A stretch of DNA of 64,000 nucleotides, taken from Minisyncoccota bacterium. GTDB lineage: Bacteria > Patescibacteriota > Minisyncoccia > Phycocordibacterales > GWA1-40-21. Both the position numbers and the translations under genes were made by a program. Every line of letters begins with the position of its first letter. Within the stretch, counting starts at the first letter, position 1. Positions 1 through 9,869 of this stretch are shown here, in pieces. Under the pieces are notes generated by a model. It was not told the origin of the DNA, searched no databases, and saw only the letters and a program-made list of their open reading frames with translations. The DNA lies in the NCBI GenBank assembly GCA_041663045.1, contig JBAZRH010000001.1:340403-404402 (forward strand), written 5' to 3'.

Positions 1-2
1 TT

Positions 3-134
3 AGGTATTCTGGCAGAAAGCTCTCTCATTACAAGACCAAAATAAAAACATTGGAGGGTTTGAAGAGAAGAGCAGACAGAGTAGAACAGATCAAACTAGG
101 AAAAATCCAAGAAAATCCAGGAAGATCAAGATAA
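3..134 (+). CDS. 3' end of a small basic protein cut by the window edge (possibly CPR bS21-like)
   Basis: Frame reads RYSGRKLSHYKTKIKTLEGLKRRADRVEQIKLGKIQENPGRSR*; stop overlaps the ybeY ATG (TAATG). Confidence 0.45.
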   Translation, partial: RYSGRKLSHYKTKIKTLEGLKRRADRVEQIKLGKIQENPGRSR

Positions 135-523
135 TGAAAAAAGACGGTAATTTCATAATAATAAACAAGACGAAAGGCAAGCTCCCAAGCTTGCCATTTC
201 TCAATATGAAAAATTACGTCTTGGGGGAAGACTACTCCCTCTCGCTTGTAATAGTCGGCAAAAAGAAGATCAGAGATTTAAATAAAAAATATCGCGGTAT
301 AGATTCATCCACAGATATTTTAAGTTTCCCGCTTGAAAAGAAACTTGGAGAAATATTTATTTGCCAAGACATTGCCAGAGAGAAGGCTCCATTGTTTGAA
401 AGAGAATATAATAATTTCTTATCATATTTATTTATACATGGGCTAGTTCATTTGTTGGGATATGACCACGGCATAAAGATGGAAGAGGTAGAAATAGTAA
501 ACAGAAAGCATTTTCAAATTTAA
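134..523 (+). CDS. ybeY: rRNA maturation endonuclease YbeY
   Basis: LNKKYRG..STDILSFP, GEIFIC and HGLVHLLGYDH metal motif. Confidence 0.95.
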   Translation: MKKDGNFIIINKTKGKLPSLPFLNMKNYVLGEDYSLSLVIVGKKKIRDLNKKYRGIDSSTDILSFPLEKKLGEIFICQDIAREKAPLFEREYNNFLSYLFIHGLVHLLGYDHGIKMEEVEIVNRKHFQI

Positions 524-564
524 AAATATTTTGTTATAATTTGGCTATAATTTATCATTAGCCA

Positions 565-1752
565 ATGTCACAAAGAATATCAGTAGGAATAGATATCGGA
601 ACATACCAAATAAAAGTGGTTGTCGCTGAGGATGTAAAGAATGAAAATGGCATTACAAGTGCACGTGTTATCGGTAGTGGCTATATTGAATCAAAGGGTT
701 TAAGACACGGATATATACTCAACACCCCTGATGTGGCAAGAAGTTTAAAAATCGCAATAACTCAGGCTGAAAGAACCTCTAAAATAAGAATCAAAAGAGC
801 ATACGTCTCAATAGGTGGAATTGGTATTTCTGGGATTATGTCAAAGGGTTCTGTTATGATCTCAAAAGCTGATTCGGAAATAACAGACCTTGATGTTAGA
901 AATGTCTTAGCTGTTGCGGAAGAAGAATTATCACAAAATTCTTTGATGAATAAAAAGATTGTTCATGCAATTCCTGTTTCATATAAAATAGACGGCCAAG
1001 TAGTAATCGGCAGGCCAGCAGGGATGCGTGGTACAAAGCTAGAAGTAAAAGCTCTTTTTGTAACGTGCCTTGAACAACATTTGAATGATCTAATAAAAGC
1101 CGTGGAAGAAGCAGGTGTAGAAGTACTAGACGTTATGGCCTCCCCACTTGCTGCAAGTATTGTAAGTCTTACAAAAGTACAAAAAATAGCCGGGTGTGTA
1201 TTGGCAAATATCGGTTCAGAAACAGTTTCTATAGTTGTATTTGAAAACAACACTCCAATATCACTTGAGGTCTTCCCTATTGGTAGTACCGATATTACAA
1301 ACGATATTGCTCTTGGATTCAAAATTCCAATAGATGAAGCAGAACATGTGAAAATGGGCTCTGTTCTTTCTGATAGCCAGTATCCGAGAAAAAAACTTGA
1401 AGAAATCATTCTCGCCCGACTTTCAGATATTTTTGATCTTGTAGAAGTACATCTAAAAAAGATAGGCAGAAGCGGTCTCTTACCAGCTGGTATTGTACTT
1501 ACTGGCGGAGGAGCTAGCCTTTCTACAATAGAAGAAATAGCAAAAGACTCTCTTAAACTTCCGTCAAAAGTTGCTTCGATCAATTTTATTTCAAATATTA
1601 AAAATAGTCAGCTCAGCGATTCTTCTTGGTCTGTTGCCTATGGGCTTGCCGTCTGGGGTATTAGTAACAGTAGTGATATTCCAACAGGTATTCGCCTTCC
1701 GAGAAACACTATAAAAAAGATGACGGATTGGTTTGGACAATTCTTACCATAA
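565..1752 (+). CDS. ftsA: Cell division protein FtsA
   Basis: GIDIGT actin-like ATPase start, GIVLTGGGA, C-terminal amphipathic WFGQFLP, upstream of ftsZ. Confidence 0.97.
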   Translation: MSQRISVGIDIGTYQIKVVVAEDVKNENGITSARVIGSGYIESKGLRHGYILNTPDVARSLKIAITQAERTSKIRIKRAYVSIGGIGISGIMSKGSVMISKADSEITDLDVRNVLAVAEEELSQNSLMNKKIVHAIPVSYKIDGQVVIGRPAGMRGTKLEVKALFVTCLEQHLNDLIKAVEEAGVEVLDVMASPLAASIVSLTKVQKIAGCVLANIGSETVSIVVFENNTPISLEVFPIGSTDITNDIALGFKIPIDEAEHVKMGSVLSDSQYPRKKLEEIILARLSDIFDLVEVHLKKIGRSGLLPAGIVLTGGGASLSTIEEIAKDSLKLPSKVASINFISNIKNSQLSDSSWSVAYGLAVWGISNSSDIPTGIRLPRNTIKKMTDWFGQFLP

Positions 1753-1780
1753 CATAAAACTCTTTTGTGAAGAAAAACTA

Positions 1781-1820
1781 AAAAGACGGGGTTTTTGCTT
1801 CGCAAAAACCCCGTCTTTTT
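1781..1820. terminator. Perfect hairpin with GCTTCGC apex after ftsA
   Basis: aaaagacggggtttttgc-ttc-gcaaaaaccccgtctttt. Confidence 0.75.
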
Positions 1821-2021
1821 CTGTGTCCTGCAGATATAAACCAGTCACGCTATCCACATGAAGTCAACTTTCCTTTTTATGGTGTCTTTTGGTATGATTA
1901 CTTCAAGTTAATTTTGAGTTGTTTATTAGTTAAATTTTAATTGCTGGACGCGAAAAAGCCGTCGTGGTCATTTGATTTTATTCAAACGACAGACAGTAGG
2001 TAGCTAACAGCCAGAAAGAAT

Positions 2022-3185
2022 ATGCCACAAATAAAACCAGAGGTTGAGACATTTGCAAGAATAAAAGTTCTTGGGGTTGGAGGCTCAGGAAAAAATGCCG
2101 TGAATCACATGATAAGTTCCAAAGTAAAAGGGATAGAATTTATCGTAATCAATACAGACGCACAAGATTTACATCACTCACTCGCATCAAAGAAAATCCA
2201 TATTGGAAAAAATCTTACAAAAGGTCTCGGCGCAGGTATGAATCCTGAGATCGGAAAAAGGGCTGCTGAAGAAACAAGAGAAGAAATACAGGAAGCCATC
2301 AAAGGTGCAGATATGGTCTTTGTCTCTTGTGGTAAGGGTGGTGGCACAGGTTCTGGGGCGACTCCGGTTATAGCAAAAATAGCAAAAGAAATGGGTATTC
2401 TCACTGTTGGTGTTGTTACAAAACCATTTTCTTTTGAAGGGACGGTAAGAAACAGAATCGCCGAGCAAGCCATTGAAGAACTTAGAAAAAATGTTGATGC
2501 TTTGATTACAATTCCTAATGACAGACTTTTAGCTACGGTATCAAGAGAAACAACAGCAAAATCCGCCTTCGGTATGTGTGATGATATTTTAAAACAGGCC
2601 GTTGAAGGAATTTCAGATCTTATCACAATGCCAGGAACTATCAAAAATATAGACTTCGCAGACATAAAGGCAGTTTTGGAAAATGCCGGCGCAGCTCTTA
2701 TGGGTATTGGTATGGCTAGTGGCGACAAGAGAGCAGAAGAAGCAGCCAAGATGGCTATCAGCTCCCCTCTCCTTGAAGTCTCAATAAATGGAGCAAAAGG
2801 TGTGCTATTTTCTGTAGCTGGTGGAGATGATGTAACTTTGTTTGAAATTCAAGATATAGCAAAGATAATTACAGATTCTGTAGATCCAAACGCAAAAATA
2901 ATTTTCGGGACAATAAATGACGACAGATTGAAGAAAAACGAAATTAAAGTCACTGTTATTGCTTCAGGTTTTTCAGATATACCAGCCAAGAAATCGCTTT
3001 TCCATGGAGTGACAAATACTAAACCGGAAGAAAAAGATGAGAAAAAAACGTCTAAAATATTCGGCGGTTCGACAAAAGAAGAAGTAAAGCCAGAGCCAGT
3101 ACCAGAAAAAAAAGATATTAAAATAGATGAAGATGACGACTGGGGTGCTGTACCGGCTTTCTTGAGAAGATCTAAAATAAAATAA
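2022..3185 (+). CDS. ftsZ: Cell division protein FtsZ
   Basis: GGGTGSG tubulin motif, NIDFAD, C-terminal VPAFLRR. Confidence 0.99.
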   Translation: MPQIKPEVETFARIKVLGVGGSGKNAVNHMISSKVKGIEFIVINTDAQDLHHSLASKKIHIGKNLTKGLGAGMNPEIGKRAAEETREEIQEAIKGADMVFVSCGKGGGTGSGATPVIAKIAKEMGILTVGVVTKPFSFEGTVRNRIAEQAIEELRKNVDALITIPNDRLLATVSRETTAKSAFGMCDDILKQAVEGISDLITMPGTIKNIDFADIKAVLENAGAALMGIGMASGDKRAEEAAKMAISSPLLEVSINGAKGVLFSVAGGDDVTLFEIQDIAKIITDSVDPNAKIIFGTINDDRLKKNEIKVTVIASGFSDIPAKKSLFHGVTNTKPEEKDEKKTSKIFGGSTKEEVKPEPVPEKKDIKIDEDDDWGAVPAFLRRSKIK

Positions 3186-3192
3186 TTCGCTC

Positions 3193-3354
3193 GTATCGTC
3201 ACTTTTCTGTGCAGAAATTTTCCCCAGCCGGAAAATTTCCTAATCCTCGGCGGCTTGCGCTGTTGGTATACTTTTGCTCGAAGATTACTTCTCGCAAAAT
3301 TACACCACATCGCACCATGCAAGCTCGCCTGCGGACACAGAAAAGTAACGATAC
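3193..3354. repeat. Long imperfect palindromic element (REP/MITE-like)
   Basis: Terminal inverted repeats gtatcgtcacttttctgt / acagaaaagtaacgatac with nested stems. Confidence 0.65.
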
Positions 3355-3376
3355 TCGCTCAAAGACTTACAAGATT

Positions 3377-4300
3377 ATGATTTACGATTTAGCTATCATC
3401 GGTGGTGGACCTGCTGGCGTTGCTGCCGGAGTTTATGCTGCCAGAAAAAGGATAAAAACGGTTTTTATAACCGAGAGTTTTCATAATCAAAGCGTCGTCT
3501 CTGACAATATTCAAAACTGGATAGGCACGCCTTCCATAAGCGGTGAGAATCTAGCTTCAAATCTTGAGAAACATCTCAAAGCTTATTCTGGCGATATCGT
3601 AGATATAAAAGAAAAAGAGAAAGTCGAAAGTCTTACAAAAGACGGCAAGGACTTTATAATTTCAACAAATAAAAATAAATACAGCGTCAAGACCGTATTG
3701 GTGGCCTCCGGAAGCGTCCGAAGGAAATTAAATATAAAAGGTGCGGAAGAGTTTGAAGGCAAAGGCATCACATACTGTGCCACTTGCGACGGACCTATGT
3801 TTGCCGATATGGATGTGGCAGTGATTGGCGGTGGAAATAGTGCATTTGAATCCGCTTCCCAGCTTCTCGCTTATGTCAAAAGCGTTACAATCCTTCAAAG
3901 AAGTGATTTTAGGGCAGATCCCATAACCATCAAAAAGGTTCTCTCCGACCCACGAGCCCACGCAATATCAAATGTGGATTTGATAGAAATAAAAGGCGAT
4001 AAGTTTGTATCAGGAATAGTTTATAAAGAGAAAGACAGCGATGAAGCGAAAGAGCTTCCTGTACAAGGTATTTTCGTAGAAATCGGCGCAAATCCTTCTG
4101 TGGATTACATCAAACACGGTATTGTGAAGCTCGATGAAAAAGAACATGTGATAGTAGACCCAAAAACCCAAAAAACTTCCGAGGAAGGCATCTGGGCTGC
4201 TGGCGACTGCACCGATGGACTATACAAACAAAACAATATCGCCGCCGGCGACGCTATTAAAGCGCTGGAGGATATTTATAAATATCTGAAGATGAAATAG
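3377..4300 (+). CDS. trxB: Thioredoxin reductase (TrxB/AhpF-like FAD oxidoreductase)
   Basis: GGGPAG, CATCD active site, GGGNSA, AAGD; start reassigned to MIYDLAII at 3377. Confidence 0.92.
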   Translation: MIYDLAIIGGGPAGVAAGVYAARKRIKTVFITESFHNQSVVSDNIQNWIGTPSISGENLASNLEKHLKAYSGDIVDIKEKEKVESLTKDGKDFIISTNKNKYSVKTVLVASGSVRRKLNIKGAEEFEGKGITYCATCDGPMFADMDVAVIGGGNSAFESASQLLAYVKSVTILQRSDFRADPITIKKVLSDPRAHAISNVDLIEIKGDKFVSGIVYKEKDSDEAKELPVQGIFVEIGANPSVDYIKHGIVKLDEKEHVIVDPKTQKTSEEGIWAAGDCTDGLYKQNNIAAGDAIKALEDIYKYLKMK

Positions 4301-4302
4301 AG

Positions 4303-4989
4303 TTATTTATTGATGATAATATCGCAAAACTTTCTAGATAAGAAAACTAACCTTCTCTGAATATCGGTCCTACCAAGTCTTAAAACACACACGCCCTTAT
4401 AATAATCATAAGTCTTTTTCCCTTTTGTTCTATTATCAATACTAATCGAAGTAAAGTTTTCTAATGGTATTTTTAATTCTTTCGACCAATACTTTCTAAC
4501 ATGATCCACGTCTTGGTCAGCACGCAAATGAAGCTCACACCTAAAGCCCTTTCTATCGAAACCGAAGCACTTCTCAATAGCTGATATAAAGAAGTTCAGT
4601 ATTTGTGGATCAGAATTCCCTATACCGGTATTATTTGATTTTTTAAAACCTTCACCAAGATACAACATCGCTAAAGCTAGTTCTATAATCTTCTTATTAT
4701 TATAATTAATACTATTTAGTATATTAATAGCATCCAATTCCGCTTTTATTATTCTTTTCTGTTTTTCGGCATTATGCCACAATATAGCCTTCTTTCTAGC
4801 TTCGATTAAAGCAAGTCGTTTATTCTCCTCTAGCTTAATCTCCTGATTAGCAGTTAGTTTTATACCGCTAAACCAACCACTTAACGTAGAACGTGGAATA
4901 CTGTATTTCTTTTCTATGTGCCTAATAGAAAGACCTCTTTTTCTTAAAGAGATCGCATTATTCTTTAAATCGAACCATTTGGACTTCAT
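4303..4989 (-). CDS. N-terminal HTH plus LAGLIDADG-like domain protein next to a tRNA
   Basis: GLSIRHIEKKYSIPRSTLSGW HTH; LAMLYLGEG and NSDP motifs; immediately 3' of tRNA-Val. Confidence 0.6.
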   Translation of the reverse strand: MKSKWFDLKNNAISLRKRGLSIRHIEKKYSIPRSTLSGWFSGIKLTANQEIKLEENKRLALIEARKKAILWHNAEKQKRIIKAELDAINILNSINYNNKKIIELALAMLYLGEGFKKSNNTGIGNSDPQILNFFISAIEKCFGFDRKGFRCELHLRADQDVDHVRKYWSKELKIPLENFTSISIDNRTKGKKTYDYYKGVCVLRLGRTDIQRRLVFLSRKFCDIIINK

Positions 4990-5035
4990 GTATATATTAT
5001 ATACCCAATGGTCCGTATAATCAAATACATTATTG

Positions 5036-5108
5036 TGGGCGGTGAGGGATTCGAACCCACGACATCAAGAACGTCAATCCTGCGCTCTACCAACTGAGCT
5101 AACCGCCC
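5036..5108 (-). tRNA. tRNA-Val(GAC)
   Basis: Cloverleaf GGGCGGT...CAGGA-TTGACGT-TCTTG...GTTCGAATC...ACCGCCCA. Confidence 0.95.
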
Positions 5109-5154
5109 AAATTTTCTTTAGAGATATTAGCACAAAAAAGCCAAAAAACAAATT

Positions 5155-5583
5155 GCGGTGTGTATTATACAAAGTTCGAATGTATTTTGAAAGCAACCCT
5201 GATGCCGACTAATCGCACGCGCGGAGCGCGTGGTGGCTCTAAACTGCCTCGTACGCTCGTATCGTTCCGCCACCGCCTCGCAAAGCCTCGGCGGAAACCC
5301 CGAAAGAAAAACACTCCTTGCATTTCTGATTTGGCGGGGGTGAAATTTCTTTTGAAAAAGGAAAGGGTGTTTTTCTTTCGGGGTTCTGCCCTCCAAGTAT
5401 TCGGGCAGGTGGCGGAACAATGCGGACGAAGTTTTGGCAAAACTATTTTTTGGGGAGGAAAGGATTTGCCAAAACTTCGGCTGATTTGTTTTTGAATTCG
5501 GATGTCGCAAGCGGAGGAGGAGGGGTTTGGGGAGGAATTTTCCATTTGCTCCTCTTTTTGTTTTGGGGGAATTCGGGGCGGAC
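5155..5583 (+). repeat. 429-bp inverted repeat A, left copy (partner 9304-9732)
   Basis: Reverse-complement match; identical mirror ORFs in the ORF track (5160..5495+ and 9392..9727-). Confidence 0.95.
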
Positions 5584-5602
5584 TTCTACAAAAATCTTAT
5601 CA

Positions 5603-5974
5603 TCAACTATCGTTCGTGCCAACTTCTGCTTCACTAATGGTTTGGTAATTTCCACCGATAACTCTGTCCTTGCCCTGACTTGATAGTGCTTGATAAGATT
5701 TTTCTATGTCTTTACTACTAGATCGTAAAGTTCCGATTGTACTTTTGTATTCGCTAATTACATCTTTATAACTTTCACGAATTTGATTTGAAAAGAAAGA
5801 GATTATTGTATAAAGCAATCCTACAGAAATTGAAATTGTTCCTAAAATGCCACGCGGACTTGTAAAATTATTTGCTCCATTCAAGAGCCAGCAACCTGCA
5901 AGAAGCGTGATAAATAACACCAGTATAGATTGAAGTTCAATTTTTTTAATAAGTTCTTGCCACATATTATTCAA
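5603..5974 (-). CDS. Two-TM membrane protein, island cargo
   Basis: Two hydrophobic segments; start overlaps the stop of the upstream 217-aa gene. Confidence 0.7.
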   Translation of the reverse strand: MNNMWQELIKKIELQSILVLFITLLAGCWLLNGANNFTSPRGILGTISISVGLLYTIISFFSNQIRESYKDVISEYKSTIGTLRSSSKDIEKSYQALSSQGKDRVIGGNYQTISEAEVGTNDS

Positions 5975-6620
5975 AGGTGCTATTTATCACGCTCAAAAAT
6001 CCATTATCATCCGCTAAGTATTGTTTGAAACTTTTAAGTGTTGCTGATATATCGCCAATTTCAATTTCTCCAGCTTGAAATACATCAACATCAAAAAGAA
6101 TGCCTAGGGTTTTTGCCTCGTCGTTTTTTACAACAGGTTGTATTACTAAATTTGCGCTAAAATCTTTTCCAGTTTTTACTTCAAGACGAATCACAGACGG
6201 CTTGGTTTCCTTAATAACAGTAAATTTCTTCAAATACTCATCTTGTTTTGCTTGGTCTGCAAATTCATATACAAAATAATTCCGCCAACCAATTCGGCTT
6301 ATTTTTTCAACTTCTAATATCTTTGAAATTGTCTCTGCCTCCTTTGAGAATAGAGTTGAGATCATATCCAACGAATCTGGTTCAGCAAATTTCGCCCACA
6401 CCGCTTGAGCGGTGATTTTTAATTGTTCAATTTTATCTTTCGGATCTTGAATAACTAACCCGTTGAGATTCATTGAAAACTGTGGGGCGGAATTCTTTTT
6501 GTGATAAGCATTCACGATTTCTCCCGCCTTATCAACATACTTAAAACCCTTAATCGTATTGACTTGAATAAACGATTCGGGGTTATTGAGCTTATTTAAT
6601 TTGGCGATTGTTTTGCTCAT
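5967..6620 (-). CDS. Hypothetical protein, TIGR04255-like
   Basis: ISRIGWRNYF and ILFDVDVF motifs; co-oriented with the RM genes. Confidence 0.55.
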   Translation of the reverse strand: MSKTIAKLNKLNNPESFIQVNTIKGFKYVDKAGEIVNAYHKKNSAPQFSMNLNGLVIQDPKDKIEQLKITAQAVWAKFAEPDSLDMISTLFSKEAETISKILEVEKISRIGWRNYFVYEFADQAKQDEYLKKFTVIKETKPSVIRLEVKTGKDFSANLVIQPVVKNDEAKTLGILFDVDVFQAGEIEIGDISATLKSFKQYLADDNGFLSVINSTFE

Positions 6621-6628
6621 AATTATTT

Positions 6629-7426
6629 TTAGTCTATTTTTGTTTCAATTATCTTTTTGAACTTCTTTTCTAACTCTGGTCTTATTTCTTCTCCAACTTC
6701 TTCATAAATTTTGATTAAATCCTCAAAAGTACCGGCTCCACCAAAATAATCCCAAAAATCTTTTCCAATGAGAAAGTCGTTACCTTTGTCGAAAAATTTA
6801 ATACATGTCCATCGTTGGTATTCTTGTGGTGCGTAAGGATTATAATACATGCCTAAAAATATTTTCACCCTTTTACCCTCTCTTGCTTTCATAGCGTAAA
6901 TCTCTAAAAGATCTCTCTTTGCAGCCCTCATTTCATTTTTATTTGGCTTAGGTCCTTTTATCTCGAAATATATTTCTTCGCCGTTATCTCGTTCAAGATA
7001 AAGATCAACAGTTTGAATTCTATCAACTAAATCCTTACTGTCCTGACTTGCATTATAGATTTCTTCTGACTCTTTTTTATGACTTGGCTCTCTCTTTACA
7101 CTATCAAGATCACTGAGAATATTCTCAAATGTTCGCTGTGCTTCGTGTGTAATTTTTCCTTGCAATTTCTCTGTTCCTTGTAGTTTTTTTGCTACCTTAA
7201 AATTTTCTTTGGCAATGATTTTCGCAACTGATTCATGCCAACTACCAAGTGCGGTTTCGCAACCATGTATAAATCCTTTTGCTAAGTAACCCTTCTTTGT
7301 GAAAAGGGCATATTGAAAAGGTTTTGCTGAATCCTCATCGCTTAAATCATACTCCGCAATCTTCCTTAAGATTTTCTCTTTGAGAAATTGGTAAACCTCA
7401 ATTTTTGATTTTTCAGATAAAGCCAT
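6629..7426 (-). CDS. Type II restriction endonuclease, TdeIII-like PD-(D/E)xK
   Basis: VDLYL...EIKGPKPNK, YNPY, IGKDFWDY; directly downstream of a methyltransferase. Confidence 0.8.
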   Translation of the reverse strand: MALSEKSKIEVYQFLKEKILRKIAEYDLSDEDSAKPFQYALFTKKGYLAKGFIHGCETALGSWHESVAKIIAKENFKVAKKLQGTEKLQGKITHEAQRTFENILSDLDSVKREPSHKKESEEIYNASQDSKDLVDRIQTVDLYLERDNGEEIYFEIKGPKPNKNEMRAAKRDLLEIYAMKAREGKRVKIFLGMYYNPYAPQEYQRWTCIKFFDKGNDFLIGKDFWDYFGGAGTFEDLIKIYEEVGEEIRPELEKKFKKIIETKID

Positions 7427-7430
7427 ATGA

Positions 7431-9005
7431 TTATTTTACTTTAAAATGAAATATAATTTCTGAATACGGATTTCGATCGCGTTCCGTTCTGTTCAATACT
7501 GGTCGCTTAAACTGATTGACAATCTTCATTCCCGCCTTTTCCGCAATTTCTGGGTAGAGATTATATTTATCATTTGCCACAAGAAAAATGTCAAAATCTG
7601 TTTTGAGGTATTGCTTACAGTTATTTAACACATCTGCAATCCCTTGTGCATATGACCGGCGAGCCTCCATTCCTTGCCCTTTGTATAGCGGCCCAATTTC
7701 TAAATCATCCTTGCGCTTAAATCCAAGAAGGTCATATGCGTAAGCGTGTTGCTCGTGATAATCAATCTGCCCTACATAAGGAGGTGAGCAAAAAATACCA
7801 GCTATTTTTTGTTTTTTTAGAATTTTAGAAAATTCTGGATTTTGCTTCTCTATTTTCTCAAAAATATCTATCGCCCTTGAATCACCAGCTAAAACGGAAT
7901 GGTGAACTGGTTTTCGTAATCTACTAAATTCTCTGATTCTGTTTAATGTATCAAGAGCATAGCGATTGAGCATACTCGTTATCGAGAAAAGAGGTTTGCA
8001 GATTTTTTTGTGTTTATAACAGTAATAAGTCGTAAGTTGAGGTTCTTTGAGGGTTGCGAGGTCGCTGTGCGTAGTCGCACGACACGATCTGATTGTCCTG
8101 CTCAAAATCAGAGCTAACATTTTGCGGGTTTTGACGTCTTTTTCTTGTTTGATTGTTTGGAAAACATGATCTATCTCTCGACGAACATTATCCATAAACC
8201 AAACATCAAGGAAAGAATCGGATTTGTCCTGTTTTAACTTAATTGAATACTTTTTTAGTAGTTTCTGATATACAGGCAAAAACTCCTTCTCTTTTTCTGT
8301 GGCAAATTTATTTTCATCAAAACTTCCTTGATTGATTTTGTATTTAAAGTCAGAACCCGGAAAATGTACCAAGTTAAATTTGGCAAGTTCGGCCAAAAGT
8401 TCGTTTTCAAAATCTTGAATTTTATTGTCATGATCAAAAGAATCAAGTGAAGCAATTAGTTTTTTAATCGCTTTTTGTAAGTACTCATCGTTATAGTGTG
8501 TTGCCTTACAACTTGAAATCATGCAGTTAAATTCAGAAACATCTATACCAACGGAATGAATACCCATTTCAAGCGATTGAATAATTGTTGTCCCAGAACC
8601 CAAGAATGGATCAAGAATAACATCACCTGCTTTGAAATAGGCTTCTTTCTTAAAATCATCAGTATGATTATCTATAAAATATTCAACAAGTTGTGGAATG
8701 TATTTACCTTTATATGGGTGGAGTCGGTGTACATGTTTTGTGGTATCCACCTCTCTTAAATTATCAAAAGAAAGCGTCCAATTTAAATCATCGCCTAGAT
8801 TTTTTTTCCAACTTACTTCGCGCGTGCCATTATAAGAATTATAATATTTTTTTAAATCATTCAAATCAACCATGGTCGAGCCGTTCTCTCCATGTTTTTT
8901 TACTTTTCCATACTGGACAAGGTAAGAAATGTTCGTAGGTAAAACATCTTTCTTGAGATGTTCTGATGCCCATTTTGATGCTTCGGGGATAGTTACTAAT
9001 GACAT
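7431..9005 (-). CDS. Amino DNA methyltransferase (N4-C/N6-A) with an N-terminal HTH-like extension
   Basis: HRLHPYKGKYIPQL, DPFLGSGTT (motif I), SPPY (motif IV). Confidence 0.9.
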   Translation of the reverse strand: MSLVTIPEASKWASEHLKKDVLPTNISYLVQYGKVKKHGENGSTMVDLNDLKKYYNSYNGTREVSWKKNLGDDLNWTLSFDNLREVDTTKHVHRLHPYKGKYIPQLVEYFIDNHTDDFKKEAYFKAGDVILDPFLGSGTTIIQSLEMGIHSVGIDVSEFNCMISSCKATHYNDEYLQKAIKKLIASLDSFDHDNKIQDFENELLAELAKFNLVHFPGSDFKYKINQGSFDENKFATEKEKEFLPVYQKLLKKYSIKLKQDKSDSFLDVWFMDNVRREIDHVFQTIKQEKDVKTRKMLALILSRTIRSCRATTHSDLATLKEPQLTTYYCYKHKKICKPLFSITSMLNRYALDTLNRIREFSRLRKPVHHSVLAGDSRAIDIFEKIEKQNPEFSKILKKQKIAGIFCSPPYVGQIDYHEQHAYAYDLLGFKRKDDLEIGPLYKGQGMEARRSYAQGIADVLNNCKQYLKTDFDIFLVANDKYNLYPEIAEKAGMKIVNQFKRPVLNRTERDRNPYSEIIFHFKVK

Positions 9006-9009
9006 AGTT

Positions 9010-9222
9010 TTATTTTATCAGATTATCAATGCTTATTCCTAGCCCCTCGGCGATTTTGGTTACAGTTTGGATTGACGGTTTTGTTATAACATTCGATTCA
9101 ATCTTGGTCAGTGTTGTGTAGGGAATATCGCACTTTCTCGCAAGAGCGTCCTGTGTCAATCCTTGCTTTGCGCGAAAGACTTTTATTTTATCCCCAATTT
9201 CTTTATTTTGTTTGCTTTCCAT
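9010..9222 (-). CDS. XRE-family HTH regulator (probable RM controller)
   Basis: GLTQDALARKCDIPYTTLTKIES HTH; first gene of the RM operon. Confidence 0.85.
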   Translation of the reverse strand: MESKQNKEIGDKIKVFRAKQGLTQDALARKCDIPYTTLTKIESNVITKPSIQTVTKIAEGLGISIDNLIK

Positions 9223-9303
9223 AGTATGATAGTATAAGTATGAGCGTTGAAACTAACCCTCACAACTATACTAACATGAATTTAATCTTTTCTCAATTTT
9301 TTT

Positions 9304-9732
9304 GTCCGCCCCGAATTCCCCCAAAACAAAAAGAGGAGCAAATGGAAAATTCCTCCCCAAACCCCTCCTCCTCCGCTTGCGACATCCGAATTCAAAAACA
9401 AATCAGCCGAAGTTTTGGCAAATCCTTTCCTCCCCAAAAAATAGTTTTGCCAAAACTTCGTCCGCATTGTTCCGCCACCTGCCCGAATACTTGGAGGGCA
9501 GAACCCCGAAAGAAAAACACCCTTTCCTTTTTCAAAAGAAATTTCACCCCCGCCAAATCAGAAATGCAAGGAGTGTTTTTCTTTCGGGGTTTCCGCCGAG
9601 GCTTTGCGAGGCGGTGGCGGAACGATACGAGCGTACGAGGCAGTTTAGAGCCACCACGCGCTCCGCGCGTGCGATTAGTCGGCATCAGGGTTGCTTTCAA
9701 AATACATTCGAACTTTGTATAATACACACCGC
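9304..9732 (-). repeat. 429-bp inverted repeat A, internal copy
   Basis: Reverse complement of 5155-5583. Confidence 0.95.
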
Positions 9733-9848
9733 CAAAAATCGAAATCAGTTTTTGAAGCCAAAATGGGGTCGCGCCGAAGGCGCGACACTAATGCATTCCC
9801 CCCGCCGAATTCAGAATCCAAAAGGGTTTTCCACGCTCCGCGTGGCTC
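9729..9848 (-). repeat. 120-bp inverted repeat B, internal copy (partner 11253-11372)
   Basis: Reverse complement of the recombinase 3' end (EPRGAWK...DFW); overlaps repeat A by the 4-bp core. Confidence 0.95.
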
Positions 9849-9869
9849 CTCGTTTGCCAATACAAAATT

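Noticed and set aside
5127-5683. Several overlapping ORFs in repeat A and their mirror images at 9240-9877
   Set aside because: They arise from a GC-rich palindromic repeat open in many frames and show no protein motifs.
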